A DNA stretch of 52,494 bases, filler included, from Catajapyx aquilonaris (Eukaryota), in NCBI GenBank assembly GCA_000934665.2. It is 2 parts of 2 records of this genome, joined end to end, with 100 filler letters (N's around TTAATTAATTAA, not from the genome) between each part and the next. Parts side by side here need not be neighbours in the genome. Positions count along the whole stretch, not along the records: positions 1 to 26,252 come from KZ539313.1; 1 more part is not named here. One strand, given 5' to 3'. This document shows positions 11,769-23,599 of this stretch, one piece after another. The notes under the pieces are model-generated. The model was given only the letters and a program-made list of their open reading frames with translations. It searched no databases and was not told where the DNA came from. Position 1 is the stretch's first letter. Each line of letters starts with the position of its first letter. Position numbers and translations under genes: made by a program.

Positions 11769-14700
11769 TCATGTGTCGGAAGGAGCCTCCAGCATCTCCA
11801 TCAGAAAGGTGTCGATCGGTGTGTCTCCGATGAGCTTGAAGAAGAAGAGGTGCTCGAGGCACTTGAGCCCGATGGACCTCAGCGACGGGAGGCGAAGGAG
11901 GAGCTTGGCAAACCGTCCAGGCTCGTCCGGATAGGAATTGCGCGTGTACTCCTCCAGCGCAGCGTACACTTTCTCCCTCAGCGCCTCCACCTGTTGGACC
12001 GACTGGAGCCCCTTGGAGTCTGGGTTGAACAGGATGATGGCTCGCAGGCAGCCGAGCTCCGTTTTGTCCATCTTCATCTCCCGCATTTTGGCCACCAGCT
12101 CGGTCAGGACACGGTCGAATATGGTGCCGACTCCTGCCTGGTGAGCCGAATGTCGATGGACGGTCAGTCCCGTCGCCAATACAATACCGTCTTTAACCTC
12201 AATCGATCGGTGGGAGAATGCGGCTATTAGGAGCTCGTTCCAACCTGCAACGGACAAATCATGAGCCTTTCGTCACTTGCGTAATGAATGAACACTTACC
12301 TGCTCTAAGAAGCACAACCTGGTCGTGTAGCGGTAGCTCGGTGAAGTGCGGTATATGCTTGGCCCACTCCACCAACTGGAATAGCTGCTTGTCCGCTGCC
12401 TGGCAGATGTTAGTCACAGCGTCCTGCAACAAGAGGCGTCACACATGCGGATTTTCGGAAGCGTCGGCGACTTACCTCCGAGTCCATGTGCTGCTCCTCT
12501 TTGCATTCCACCTTCCTCTCCGCCTCTAGAATCCTCTCGACGGGCATGTCTGAGTGTGAGCTGGATGTGGACTCGACCTCATTGTCCCCCTTGTCTTTTG
12601 TCCTCTGCCGCTCCTCCTGAACGGCCTCTCGTTTCATCCCCATCGCCAAGCACTTCTGATACCGGCAGTACTGGCAACGGTTACGCTGTCGCTTGTCTAT
12701 CACACAGTTCTTGTCCTCGCGGCATGCGTATGTCAGGTCCTTCCGCACCGTACGCTTGAAGAAGCCTTTGCATCCTTCACAGCTGTAAGTACACAAATTA
12801 GTACCAACCCGGGCTGTGCATGGCGGCGAATGTACCTGTATACGCCGTAGTGCTTTCCGCTGGCTCTGTCGCCGCATATGCTGCATAGGTGCTTGGAACC
12901 AGACAGTGGATGGTTTGGCGGGTAGTTGTGTGACCCTTTGTTGGCTCCTCCACTTCCACCGCCGGCTACAAACCCTCCAGATCCCAGCGAGAATGACGAC
13001 TGGGCCGCACTTGATGACGAGCTGCAAAAGTCGGCTTCAATAGCTAATCGCTCGTAGGAGTCAGAACCGCTTGATACCCACTTTGGACTGGAAGGTCCTC
13101 CAGCGCCTGGACTGAACCCTGCTGATGACAGGAGGGTGGCCGTGTCCGGCTTCATGTCCAGGGGTGAATGCGGTCCCAGACCTACATCCAGGCCCAAACC
13201 TGAGAACAGAACAGAGATCGCAATTAATACCTGGCATTGCCGCAACAACCGAACATTGAATCCCTGTAAAGCCAGCAATTTTAGTTGACAGCTCCATGCA
13301 AATTTGGTTCCCCATCCTTGAATATTCATGACACCTCATCGTATAATTACAACCCACATCCTCAAGTGTGCGGGTTTGCTATCTAATCCGCCTCTAATCA
13401 ATAAGCGCGATAAGCATAAGTACAAAGTAATATGCTAATCCTCCACTTCAATGTAAACTTATGCCAGGCTGTTTCTTCAGCATTGTTGGCACCATTCCCA
13501 GGGTCAAGGTCATGCCTCTGAATCGATTGGACTGCACCAGCTTTTTATTTTTGTGCCAAACATTTTGTGCTGGGCCCATCGAAAGGGACACACCCATTTT
13601 TGCAGTTGATGGATTAAGCAGAAGAGAGCTTGGCAAAGGCTGAATGTGCGTCAACATGAGTCACATCCACTAGGAATAGGTTTGAATGGGCCAGATGCAG
13701 TTTGAGACCAGACGTGCCATAAACAACATTTTTTTTTATAAAAAAAATGTGTAGCTCCTATTGTTGTCCATTTTTATTTTTGGTCCACATGCAAAACTGA
13801 TGCGGATTTGAGATAAGCCAAAAAAAAAAGTGAGGTGCAACAAAGACTGCTTGTATCAGGCAGCAATGCAGTTGCGTCAGAACAGTCATCCACAACAATA
13901 GGCAATTTTCATTCCTCAACAGCCACCGTCAAATTCATGGAGAGTAATGTCAACAGCGTCATAAGCTTATGGAATTTGTTGTACGCCAGACATTTTTTGG
14001 GGGGGAAAGGAATTAATAAATTTCAAGGACAACTGGGCCAGAATTTGGAACCTCTGGACAAAAAAATTGTTCGTAGAATCAGCTGGATTTCCGTGTTGGA
14101 ATTAAATTCCAGGTAAGAAATGACCGGAAGTCACGCACGGTTTTACCAGATTTCCAACTGGTTTTTAGTGATCGGTTCTATGAAAATTCAGCATATGTTC
14201 CGCAGGTGCTCTAGATACACTTTACAATTAATATCCCTCTGACATGTAACTAACAACCAGAAATTTCAGGAAATGTGATTTACTGTTGTGTATCATATTA
14301 ATTTGATTTTTGTACTAATTACAGTAATAATAATTGCGCCCTGGGCGATTGGCCACTTTGGCGTACCAATTACAGTAAAATGATATTATCTATTACTGGT
14401 ATTCCGCGGTTAATTTGTTATTTGCATAGTCATTGGAACTAAAGTTGGCATAAAAATATGCAATTGTGGCATACTTAGCTGACATTAACCTTTAAGTACG
14501 ATGCATATACTGGTGAAGTCACTCGCAATAATTGGAAGGACGAACATGTACTCTCCGACAACAAATGACAAGAATAAACCCGGGCTGTTAATCATGCTGC
14601 AAGTAGGTGCAAAGTATAAATATCCGGGCTCCCCCACGTGATGCGCCATGTATATTTCGCAGTGTGCGAATTTATGCGAAATATACACGTGTAGTTTATT

Positions 14701-16766
14701 AGTAAGTGTGCAGTATATAGGGTGGGTGGGTGCTGGGCAAAAAGGGGGGGGGGGGGGGGNTAGAAAACCCTGCCAAGGTCACCCAATTGGCCCGGGAACT
14801 TGTGCACAAAAAAATTGCAGATTATTTTGCAGAAAATTTTTGCAGATTTTGAAACTGCCATGCTGTGTGTTGTGTTTCCTGGCAGGCCCTGCTGGGAGAG
14901 CTAGCAAATCCGCAAGGATCCCAAGGCCACCTCAAGGCCATCCTCGCCATTGCCAACCCCCCCTCCTCCTCTCAACTACTCACACCCCACCACATCCATT
15001 TTCGCAAAGGTCACCCCCAGAGCTCTATTTGCAGCACATATTTTAAAATGTTGTTTAATTACCGTATGTCCCTCTGGCCATCTGGTTCTGCGCTCCCTGT
15101 ATGATGGCCGTGACGGACATCATTGGCTTCTCCTTTTTCATCATGGCTCTCTTATTAGTTATTCCTAGATACGCACTATTCCGGCTAGACCCGGCACTAC
15201 TGTCACTACTACTGGCGCCGCTTGCAGACGCCGTCGTTTCCAGACCAGGAGATACACTCTGTTGCCCGGCCTTGCTTTACACCTCCCTCCACCACCACTA
15301 CTTCTTCCTCTTGTTGTAACTACCCGCCTGCACTACNATCCAAGCTCAAGGCCTGCGCAAATACCCCCCCGAACCCTCCACTACTCTACCACCCCCCATC
15401 ATTCTCTCTAGTAGCTATCCCCAAGGCGCCGCTGCGCCACTGCCAATGCCAATGCCGCTTTACCCACCTACTTTTTCTCTCACACACACACACAGCACAA
15501 CATAGTACTATACACTGCGTCAAGGACGGAACCAGACCCAAATACACAGTGACGTAACTGATAAATAGTCAATATTCTAGCTCCATACGTGGTTCAATGT
15601 CATTGGTTGCTTAATTCAGGTAGATTTATTGGCAACACCGCCCGGCTCTCCCCAACTTGGCCGCTCTCACTACATGCACGTTGGTGATGAGTCACAGCGG
15701 GGACAAAGCCCACCAGGGTGCTACAGCACGTGTCATGAGCTATAGTGAACCTGGGCACTGGTAGGCCCCTACTACATGCACGTTGGTGATGAGTCACCGA
15801 GCGGACAAAGCCCACCCACTCCAGAGAGTGAACATGTTGTGTCCTCTCATTGTTGAATTGGGACAGTGCACCTAGGTGATGAGTCAACGTATACGGGGAA
15901 GGAGTCGCGTCGAGAGAGGCTAAGAGAGTAGCCGACTTCTGACGTCACCTCGTCTCTGATTGGCTGGTATGGACTTGTTACCTGTGGAGGCCGCCACCTT
16001 TCGTTCCCCGTCACGGACGCCTCCGATTGGCTGGAGACCAGTACAGACTAGTCTCCAGCCAATCGGAGGCGTCCGTGACGTCGGAGCCGGCCACCTTTTC
16101 ACATAGCAACGAAAGATGGCGGCCTCCACAGGTAACAAGTCCATACCAGCCAATCAGAGACGAGGTGACGTCAGAATATGGCGACTCTCTCCCTCGAGGT
16201 TCTAGTCATCTCTAGTGAGCTCTGGATATGATTTCATATGATTGATGCAAACATTAAATCGGCTTCTGTGTCTATGTTTGTCCGCGGCGAGTCATCAGGT
16301 TCATGTAGTACCACTTTCCTCCACCTGACAGTGGCAGCACTGTGCTGATAGGGAGAGTGCGCCATCTATGAGCGAAGTAAGGTACACTTCGTGGGCAGTC
16401 TGTTGGAAGCAACAGAGTCTGACGAGCCATTGCACGACGTATGGACGTGTCCACACGGTTATTATCAGTTGATATGAACCATTACCTAGGGCAGGCACTA
16501 TTAAGGGTTGGAATTATCGCCAATTGGCTGATTCATTCTCAGCTACCAGCTCTCTCTCTCCCATCACAAAGGGCAAGGAAAAGGTGGCCTTCATGGTCAG
16601 CAAGGATTATTCTGGTACTTGTAGCACCGTTTCGTTTGGTACCAACCCAGGTGCCCAGTCCTTGTTGACAAGACAATACTTGGGCTGGTTCCGGAACCGG
16701 TCCGGTTTTTCTCGTGGCTGAGTAATGATCCGATATGGCAGTGGCACAATAACGGGATCGGCTGTG

Positions 16767-16797
<31 letters not shown>

Positions 16798-17613
16798 TCT
16801 CCAAGTTGCAACATGTTATTCGAAGCTTCGTCAGCCGTGTTGCCCTTTACCACCCAAACACACGCGGCGCAAAGGCTCCATGGAGTTCACACCACAATGT
16901 TATCGATTTGCCCTGGAAGCAACCCCCAGTGTGTGTATTTTTGGCACTTACACTTTTCATTGCATGCCATCACCCCCCTATAATTATTGACATCTAACAT
17001 GTAAGCCATTGTTGGCCCGAAAATCACCTACCCCCAAAATTCAATAATACAGGGTGTCTGAACTTTTTTTTTGTCCGAACCGTTATCGGAAAAGCCTGTG
17101 TATCTTGTTGGGGGCATATTCTGGCTACATAGCTAGATGATAGGCTACAAATAGGCTTTTCCGATAACTGTTCGGAGAGAAAAAGTTGAGACACCCTGTA
17201 TACAGGATGACCCCCAAAAAATCTGGACACATACGTATGGTATACTGTTGGTGGCCGACTTTTTGGGTCACCCTGTAATGTATACTGTATACGCAGCAGC
17301 AGCAGCAGTGTATTATTCATTCGAAAATAAATAAATAAATAATAAAGGTCAGTGCTCTGTGAAACACTGTCCAAGTCCACATAAGTTTATAAATTATTGT
17401 TCACACCAGCAACTTGCGATTGTTGCTCATATGGAACCCAGGTGCTAGGGTCAACAATCCACATAATGTTACAGTCCAGTAGATTCAGGCAATGTAATTA
17501 AATAAATATGCATCACACTAAATATTTTTCGAATAATGAATAAATAACTAACATGTAAATGAATGAATTACATATAAATACTCGAGTAAATTAAAAATGC
17601 AAGAATAAATTAC

Positions 17614-17682
<69 letters not shown>

Positions 17683-18504
17683 GTTTTATTAACCTGCAAG
17701 GCTTTGTGGGGCCTTCTGCAGAAAATGCAAGAATAAATTACATACTAAACACTCCAGTAAAATAAGTAAATTAATTTAAATGCAAGTGTAAATGAAATAA
17801 GGAAATAAACCTTAATACGTACGTGAAACAAATGACGTAATACACGAAACAAATTAATACACGAAACAAATTAATTAATTCACGAAACGAATGAAATTAT
17901 TAATACACGAAATAAATAAAAAACTCATTAAACGAATAAAATAAATGTAATGTAATAAACGAAAAAAATTGACAAATTGTAAAAAAAAAACATGAAAATA
18001 ATAATAAATCAATAACAATCAAATAAATCAATGTTATTGTTCCATCTGACATGTACGAGTGACGTTACAGGTCTTATTGTTGAACATTGTTGCCGATTGA
18101 AATGTCGTCGCTGCTATCGGGTCCATATTTACTTCCACGATTTTTTTTTGGTTGCCGACTATGAATCAATAGCGACGCAAACACCTGTAATATATATTCC
18201 ACTTGTTGTCTGCCCAACCTGGCAACACCGCCACGGCCAATCCACCCATCCTTGGCCCCCCTCCCCCCCTTTCAATGAGAGAGTAAAAAAACAAGTACAT
18301 CCCCTCCCCCCCCCCCGCCCTTTTAATAATAAGAAAAAGAAAAAAATCGGCACAATCGCACACCTTTGCACTATTGATAGCAGGCTCTGATAGTAATAAA
18401 AATTGCGAAATCCACTTTTGGATATAATCCGACCCTGGAGCCAACCCCAGGGCGGCCCCCCCCCATAGGGGCGGGTACTCACCTCTATCTCCTCGACGTT
18501 CCAT
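11769..18504 (-). CDS. RXR: Retinoid X receptor / ultraspiracle (NR2B)
   Basis: Exons 18504-18483 ([14 protein letters not shown]), 13199-13082, 13021-12836, 12782-12476, 12423-12300, 12244-11769, all in frame. DNA-binding domain [32 protein letters not shown]-box [11 protein letters not shown]; ligand-binding domain [27 protein letters not shown]-2 FLMEMLEAP. Confidence 0.96.
15670..15886. repeat. Short dispersed repeat containing GGTGATGAGTCA (3 copies)
   Basis: CTACATGCACGTTGGTGATGAGTCAC..GGACAAAGCCCACC at ~15670 and ~15772; third core at ~15875. Confidence 0.7.
15911..16198. mobile_element. Palindromic MITE-like element in RXR intron 1
   Basis: Arms at ~15923-16038 and ~16051-16190 are reverse complements, e.g. 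TCTGACGTCACCTCGTCTCTGATTGGCTGGTATGGACTTGTTACCTGTGGAGGCCGCCA. Confidence 0.8.
16768..16795. repeat. (CA)n microsatellite
   Basis: Direct reading. Confidence 0.95.
17050..17198. mobile_element. Tc1/mariner-type MITE
   Basis: TA|CAGGGTGTC...GACACCCTG|TA, with inverted arms extending to TTATCGGAAAAGCCT / AGGCTTTTCCGATAA. Confidence 0.8.
17203..17275. mobile_element. Second, abutting Tc1/mariner-type mini-MITE
   Basis: TA|CAGGATGACCC...GGGTCACCCTG|TA directly after the previous element. Confidence 0.65.
17617..17681. repeat. (AAT)n microsatellite
   Basis: Direct reading. Confidence 0.97.
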
Positions 18505-18850
18505 TTATTTTGTGGATAGGCAGTTGCTTGTGTATAATCCGAGAATCGGCAGTGATATGGACGGGAGGTTAATGGACGGATCTTCGCGCTGTTAGTGGGC
18601 CGCCCCCGTGTTCTTCTGCCCCGGGTCCATCACACGAACCGCGTGCCCTCCTTATATTTTTTGGGGGCGATAATCCCCCGCCTTTCACTGGGCAGCACAA
18701 GAGACACAGCCCCGAGTTCACTGACTCCTCATTCCAACATGGCGATTTCGAACGATTTTAGATCCTTTTAGATCCCCATCCGGACGGTGGCGACATCTGC
18801 TCGGTTGTGCTGCTAAACTAAGGTGCCTACACAATCATTGCATGTTGAAA

Positions 18851-19074
18851 TATCGATATATCGCCCGATATATCGATACACACATCGCTTGATATATCGA
18901 TACACATATCGCCCAATATATCGATACACATATCGCTTGATATATCGATACACATAACGCCCGATGTATCGATACACATATCGCCCGATATATCGATACA
19001 CACATCGCCCAATATATCGATACACATATCGCCCGATATATCGATACACATATCGCTCAATATATCGATACACA
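18851..19074. repeat. 24-bp minisatellite carrying 10 TATCGATA (DRE) sites
   Basis: TATCGATA at 18851, 18871, 18895, 18919, 18943, 18967, 18991, 19015, 19039 and 19063. Confidence 0.95.
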
Positions 19075-19123
19075 CCGACCGTATCTGTCATTACGGTATA
19101 TGCCCCACCAGGCCTAGTATGGG

Positions 19124-20182
19124 ATGAGCTGGTTGAAGCTGCCCAGGGGCCGCCCCGGGGCCTGGCTGCCCCGGGTTGGGGTCCTCCTTTTGGGGGTGTA
19201 CATCCTCCATATGGGTGGAGTCCTGCTGTGGGTACGGGAACAACCGTTGGACCTCCAGAAGCTGCAGTACCCGATGCAAGGCGAGGTGTCACGTTGGGTT
19301 GATATGATTGAGATGCAGCAGGCTGAGTCGGTACCGGTACCGGTGTACCAGCATCAGTATGACTACAGGATGAGCTGGGCGGTACGGTGTAACCAGTCGG
19401 AGCGGTTGCGATTGGTGATGCTGGTCAAGTCGGATCCGACGCACTTCAAGCGACGGGAGGCCATACGCAACTCGTGGGGGTTTGAGAGGAGGTTCTCGGA
19501 TGTGCTGGTACGTCGTGTGTTCCTGGTGGGTCGCAGGGGTACGGCAGTGCAGCGCAGGATTGATTCGGAGCATGCGACGCACAAGGATATTCTCCAAGCC
19601 GACTTTACCGATGCGTACTTCAACAACACTATCAAGTCAATGGTTGGACTTAACTGGGCACGGTCGTGCAATGCAGAGTACATGCTGCTGTGCGATGATG
19701 ATATGTACATTAGTCTGAAGAACCTGTTGCGGTTCGCGCGTGATCCAACTCGTTACCCGCAATGGACTGCGTTTGAGCATGTGCCGGACTTGCCCGATGC
19801 GCCGCTGCTGTACGCCGGATTTGTGTTCAAGTCCCGACCGCATCGGCATCGTACGTCAAAGTGGTATGTGCCGCTTGAAGAGTGGCCGTACAATGCGTGG
19901 CCGCCGTACGTAACAGCCGGTGCCGTCTTGTTATCAAAACATGCATTGGACCGCATGTGCACAGCTGCAATGTTCACAAAACATTTCCGGTTCGACGATG
20001 TGTACTTGGCGTTACTAGCGCATCGTGCTGGAATACCGGCGGTACATTCGCCACACTTTCATTTCTGGAAGCTTCCATACAATGTGCACGAGTATGAGAA
20101 CGTTATTGCATCGCATGGGTACGACGATCCGGCTGAGCTAGTGCGAGTGTGGTCTGAACAGAAGAGTGCCGGACATGCCTAA
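19124..20182 (+). CDS. brn: Brainiac-like beta-1,3-glycosyltransferase (GT31)
   Basis: Single-exon 352-aa type II membrane protein. Motifs LVKS..RREAIRNSWG, DFTDAYFNNTIK, CDDD, WPPYVTAGA, FRFDDVYL, IASHGY. Confidence 0.9.
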   Translation: MSWLKLPRGRPGAWLPRVGVLLLGVYILHMGGVLLWVREQPLDLQKLQYPMQGEVSRWVDMIEMQQAESVPVPVYQHQYDYRMSWAVRCNQSERLRLVMLVKSDPTHFKRREAIRNSWGFERRFSDVLVRRVFLVGRRGTAVQRRIDSEHATHKDILQADFTDAYFNNTIKSMVGLNWARSCNAEYMLLCDDDMYISLKNLLRFARDPTRYPQWTAFEHVPDLPDAPLLYAGFVFKSRPHRHRTSKWYVPLEEWPYNAWPPYVTAGAVLLSKHALDRMCTAAMFTKHFRFDDVYLALLAHRAGIPAVHSPHFHFWKLPYNVHEYENVIASHGYDDPAELVRVWSEQKSAGHA

Positions 20183-20268
20183 TATGTTGTAATCCCTTAC
20201 AATTGTGTGCCACTATGCAGCGATTAAAAGAACAGGTTATGTACGAGCTGGTTTAATTTGTTGCGAAT

Positions 20269-20942
20269 TCACTTCTTTTTACCGCTGGATACCGGTGCCT
20301 TGACTTCAGGAACAGCGGTCGAGATAGACGTGTTGTCTTCTATTACAATCGAGTGCTTAAACTTGTTCGCAGCTTCCTTCACCTGCATCACTATGTTCTG
20401 GGACGACTCGATCAGCTGTGGAAATCACAACAATTGTACAACAATGCGAGATTGCAACTGATGCGCGCTTACCTTTGCGTACGCTGCCTCGGCGTACTTT
20501 ATGGCCTTGTCGAACTCTGACCGTGAGATCAGCTTCCTGGCCAGTTGCTCGTTGACCCTTGATAGTTTTTCAGAGAGCACCTGGATGTCCTGTTGAAGCC
20601 GGGTCTTGTCGTCCTCGTCCGCTTCGATGTGACGCTGCAGCTCGTCCCGCTTCACCTTCAGATCCTCCAGGCCTGCCTCAATTGTAATTAAACCGTTCAA
20701 TTATAGCGTACCCCCCCAAACAATGGCTTACTTCTGATCATCTCATTGTTGAGGTTGGTTATGGTGCTTCCCTGTCGCATCAGGCCCCTTGAAGCCGATG
20801 TTGAGGTTGAAGCCTTCCGTGGTCCCTTGCTGGAGGACAGAATGCTGTTCGGGGTCTTCAGCATGGTGGGATGCCTCGACGGCTGCGGCGGATGGGACAG
20901 GATGGTCCCCCTGGAGTCCTTACGCCCCTTCTCGTCCATCAT
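20269..20942 (-). CDS. SSNA1: SSNA1/NA14/DIP13-like centriolar coiled-coil protein
   Basis: Exons 20942-20732, 20672-20473, 20415-20269, in frame. MRQGSTITNLNNEMIRSLEDLKVKRDEL..LSRVNEQLARKL..AEAAYAKLIESSQ matches the SSNA1 pattern. Start codon uncertain. Confidence 0.85.
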
Positions 20943-21227
20943 ACACTTGTAAATTTAGGCTTTTAAATTGCACTGAATAATTTCGAGTCTGAAAAATAAA
21001 TTTCGCGGAACAAAATTCGAACGAAAAGGTGCGTTCCTGCCGATATCGCCGTGCACCCGAACGCACCCGGTGACAACCGGGTGCGTTCGCGTCAACGCCG
21101 GTTTGTTCCGACAGCAGCGGCACGAACACACCCTGGATATTCCAAGATGGCGGCCGAAAAACGATCGTGAAGTGACGTGTCAAGCTTTTTAATTAATTAA
21201 CTAATTAATTACCGGGTTTTTACAACA
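20943..21227. promoter_or_regulatory. Divergent promoter region shared by SSNA1 and POMT1
   Basis: Head-to-head genes 285 bp apart; CpG-rich; CAAGATGGCGGC at 21143-21154; perfect hairpin at 21058-21089. Confidence 0.6.
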
Positions 21228-23599
21228 ATGGGCAGCCATGAAAAGAAGCAGGGCACGCCACAGGTACTGTACAAGTGTATGTACTGTTTGGGCAAATGTG
21301 ACCTCTGACCTCATTGCAGGAGTTGCCCCGGTTGGGTGAACGGCCGCTGACCACAACTTTCAGGATTGATCTGGCAGCCGCATCGCTCTTTGCATTGTCG
21401 GTGGCCACTCGATTCTACAGGTTGGATGAGCCACGGCATGTTGTGTAAGTACGGCATCGGTACATTCCGGACAAGCATAACCAGGTTCCGTTGCAGATTC
21501 GATGAGCTGCACTACTGCAAGTACGCCGGGTTGTACGTGCGGCACACTTTCTTCTTTGACTCGCAACCGCCGTTGGGTAAGCAGCTTGTTGCGCTGTGTG
21601 CGTACCTGGCCGGATTCGATGGGAAGTTTAAGTTCGATAGGATCGGATCGCCCTACACGCCTGACGTACCGGTGGCTGCAATGCGGTTGGTTCCGGCCCT
21701 ATTCGGAAGCCTCATCGCACCGACGGCGTACTCCATCCTGCTTGAGCTGGGTGCGTCGCAATGGGCTGCCGGACTAGGCGGGCTGTTGCTGGTGCTGGAC
21801 AATGCGCTTCTGACCCAATCGCGGTTCGTGCTAATGGAGTCGATGCTGGTCGAAACCGGGTTGATCGCATTGCTGATGTTGCTGAGAGCGCAACGTAGCG
21901 ACGGTTGGCAGTGGGGTTGGACCGCACTTGCCGGGATTGCGATTGGCGCTTGCGTCAGCATTAAGTACTCGGGCGTGCTCAGCCTGTTGCTGGTTATATG
22001 CTTATCGGCGCACGACTGGTGGCGGCGGCTTGCGACCACGACTTGGACAGACAGGCGTGCGGCTTCGGAGCTGCTCATGCGCTTGCTGTTACTTGTTGGG
22101 ATTCCCGTCGCAATATACGTCGGCTCATTCTGGGTCCACCTGGCGACGCTAACACGAGCCGGTCCGCACGATTCGCTGATGACGTCCACATTCCAGGCCA
22201 GCTTGGAAGGCGGCTTGGCGTCAATCGTCCGCGGTCAGCCCTCGATGGTGGCGCACGGATCGCAGGTGACACTCCGCCATTCGCATGGCCGACCATGCTG
22301 GCTTCACTCGCATCCACACCCGTACCCGCTCCGGTACGCAGACAAACGAGGCTCGTCGCACCAGCAGCAAGTCACATGCTACTCGTTCAAAGACGTCAAC
22401 AACTGGTGGATTGTGAAGCGGCCCAACAGGACCGACTTGGCCACACCGTCGCCAACCGCAGTCGATGCGATCCGGCACGGCGATATGATCGAGCTGGTTC
22501 ACGGCATAACAGGCCGGTCGCTTAATTCGCACGATGTGGCCGCCCCGATGTCGCCGATGCACCAGGAAGTCAGCTGTTATGTGGACTACAATGTGTCGAT
22601 GCCAGGTCAGACACTGTGGCGTGTCGAGGTCGTTAAGCAGGACGGAGCAAGTAACGGCGATGGCACATGGCACTCGATACAATCGATGGTGCGATTAGTC
22701 CATGTAAACTCGAGCCAAGCGCTAAAGTTCAGCGGAAGGCAGTTGCCGGACTGGGGGTTCAACCAGCATGAGGTCGTCACCGATCGGGTACTGGACCAGG
22801 AAGATACGCTCTGGAACGTCGAGGAACATCGCTACACAAAAAGTAAGTTAACATCGCTGTAATCTGCCGTATTTAACCCATGTCGTTTTCAGGTGACGAT
22901 CAGAAGGAGCGGGAACGTGAGCTGGTCGGCGCAGAGATGATCCCGGAGCGTCCGACTTCCTTAACGTTTTGGTCCAAGTTCTGGGAGCTGCAGCGGAAGA
23001 TGCTGCTTCCGTCCACGACCGGGAATCCGCCGGACACGCTTCAGAACCATCTGTACGGATCCGATCCGGCTGAGTGGCCCTTTTTGGTACGTGGTATCGC
23101 GTATTGGGTCAGTCCGCAGAGTAATGCGCAGGTACACCTGCTTGGGAATCTGGCCGTTTGGTTTCCATCGTCGGCGGCTATCATCACGCAGGTGGCTCTT
23201 CATATGTTCTTCGTGTTGCGGCGCAGACGAGGTTGCTTGGACGCATCGGGCGACTCATGGCTGCGTTTCCAGGCGGCCACTCGCGTACTGTTAACGGCGT
23301 ACTTGCTGCATTACGTCCCGTTCTTCCTTCTGGATCGTACGTTGTTCTTACACCATTACCTTCCAGCGTACGTCTTCCAGGTTATGCTCCTGGCCGCACT
23401 TGTCGACAACCTGCATCGGATGGCGTCCGGCTCACTCTCGCGTGTTATCGAAATCGCCATTTTCATATGGGTGTGCGCCGCAGCTGGCGTGTTTGTGCAG
23501 TTCAGCCCGCTCTCGTACGGCTTAGTGGCTCTGAATGCCACTCAGGTCGCTGGTCTCAGGTGGCTCGAAACCTGGGATTTGATTATCCATAAGGCCTAA
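21228..23599 (+). CDS. POMT1: Protein O-mannosyltransferase 1 (rotated abdomen orthologue)
   Basis: Exons 21228-21263, 21320-21444, 21497-22842, 22893-23599, in frame. Motifs VVFDELHY, FFFDSQPPLGKQL, MIR domains (WLHSH, SSHQQQVTCYSFKDVNNWW, LNSHDVAAP), QVHLLGN, LFLHHYLPA. Confidence 0.95.

Noticed and set aside
15683..15815. Possible hammerhead ribozyme or C/D snoRNA (GTGATGA-GTC..GAC-AAAG)
   Set aside because: The core reads GUGAUGA and CAAA instead of CUGANGA and GAAA, stems I and III are not convincing, and there is no suitably placed CUGA D box.
18851..19074. CRISPR-like regularly spaced repeat
   Set aside because: Spacers are near-identical rather than unique, the context is eukaryotic, and there are no cas genes.
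18813..19302. ORFs with YRYIGRYV / CIDISGDM repeats
   Set aside because: Translations of the 24-bp DRE minisatellite and antisense to brn; no coding evidence.
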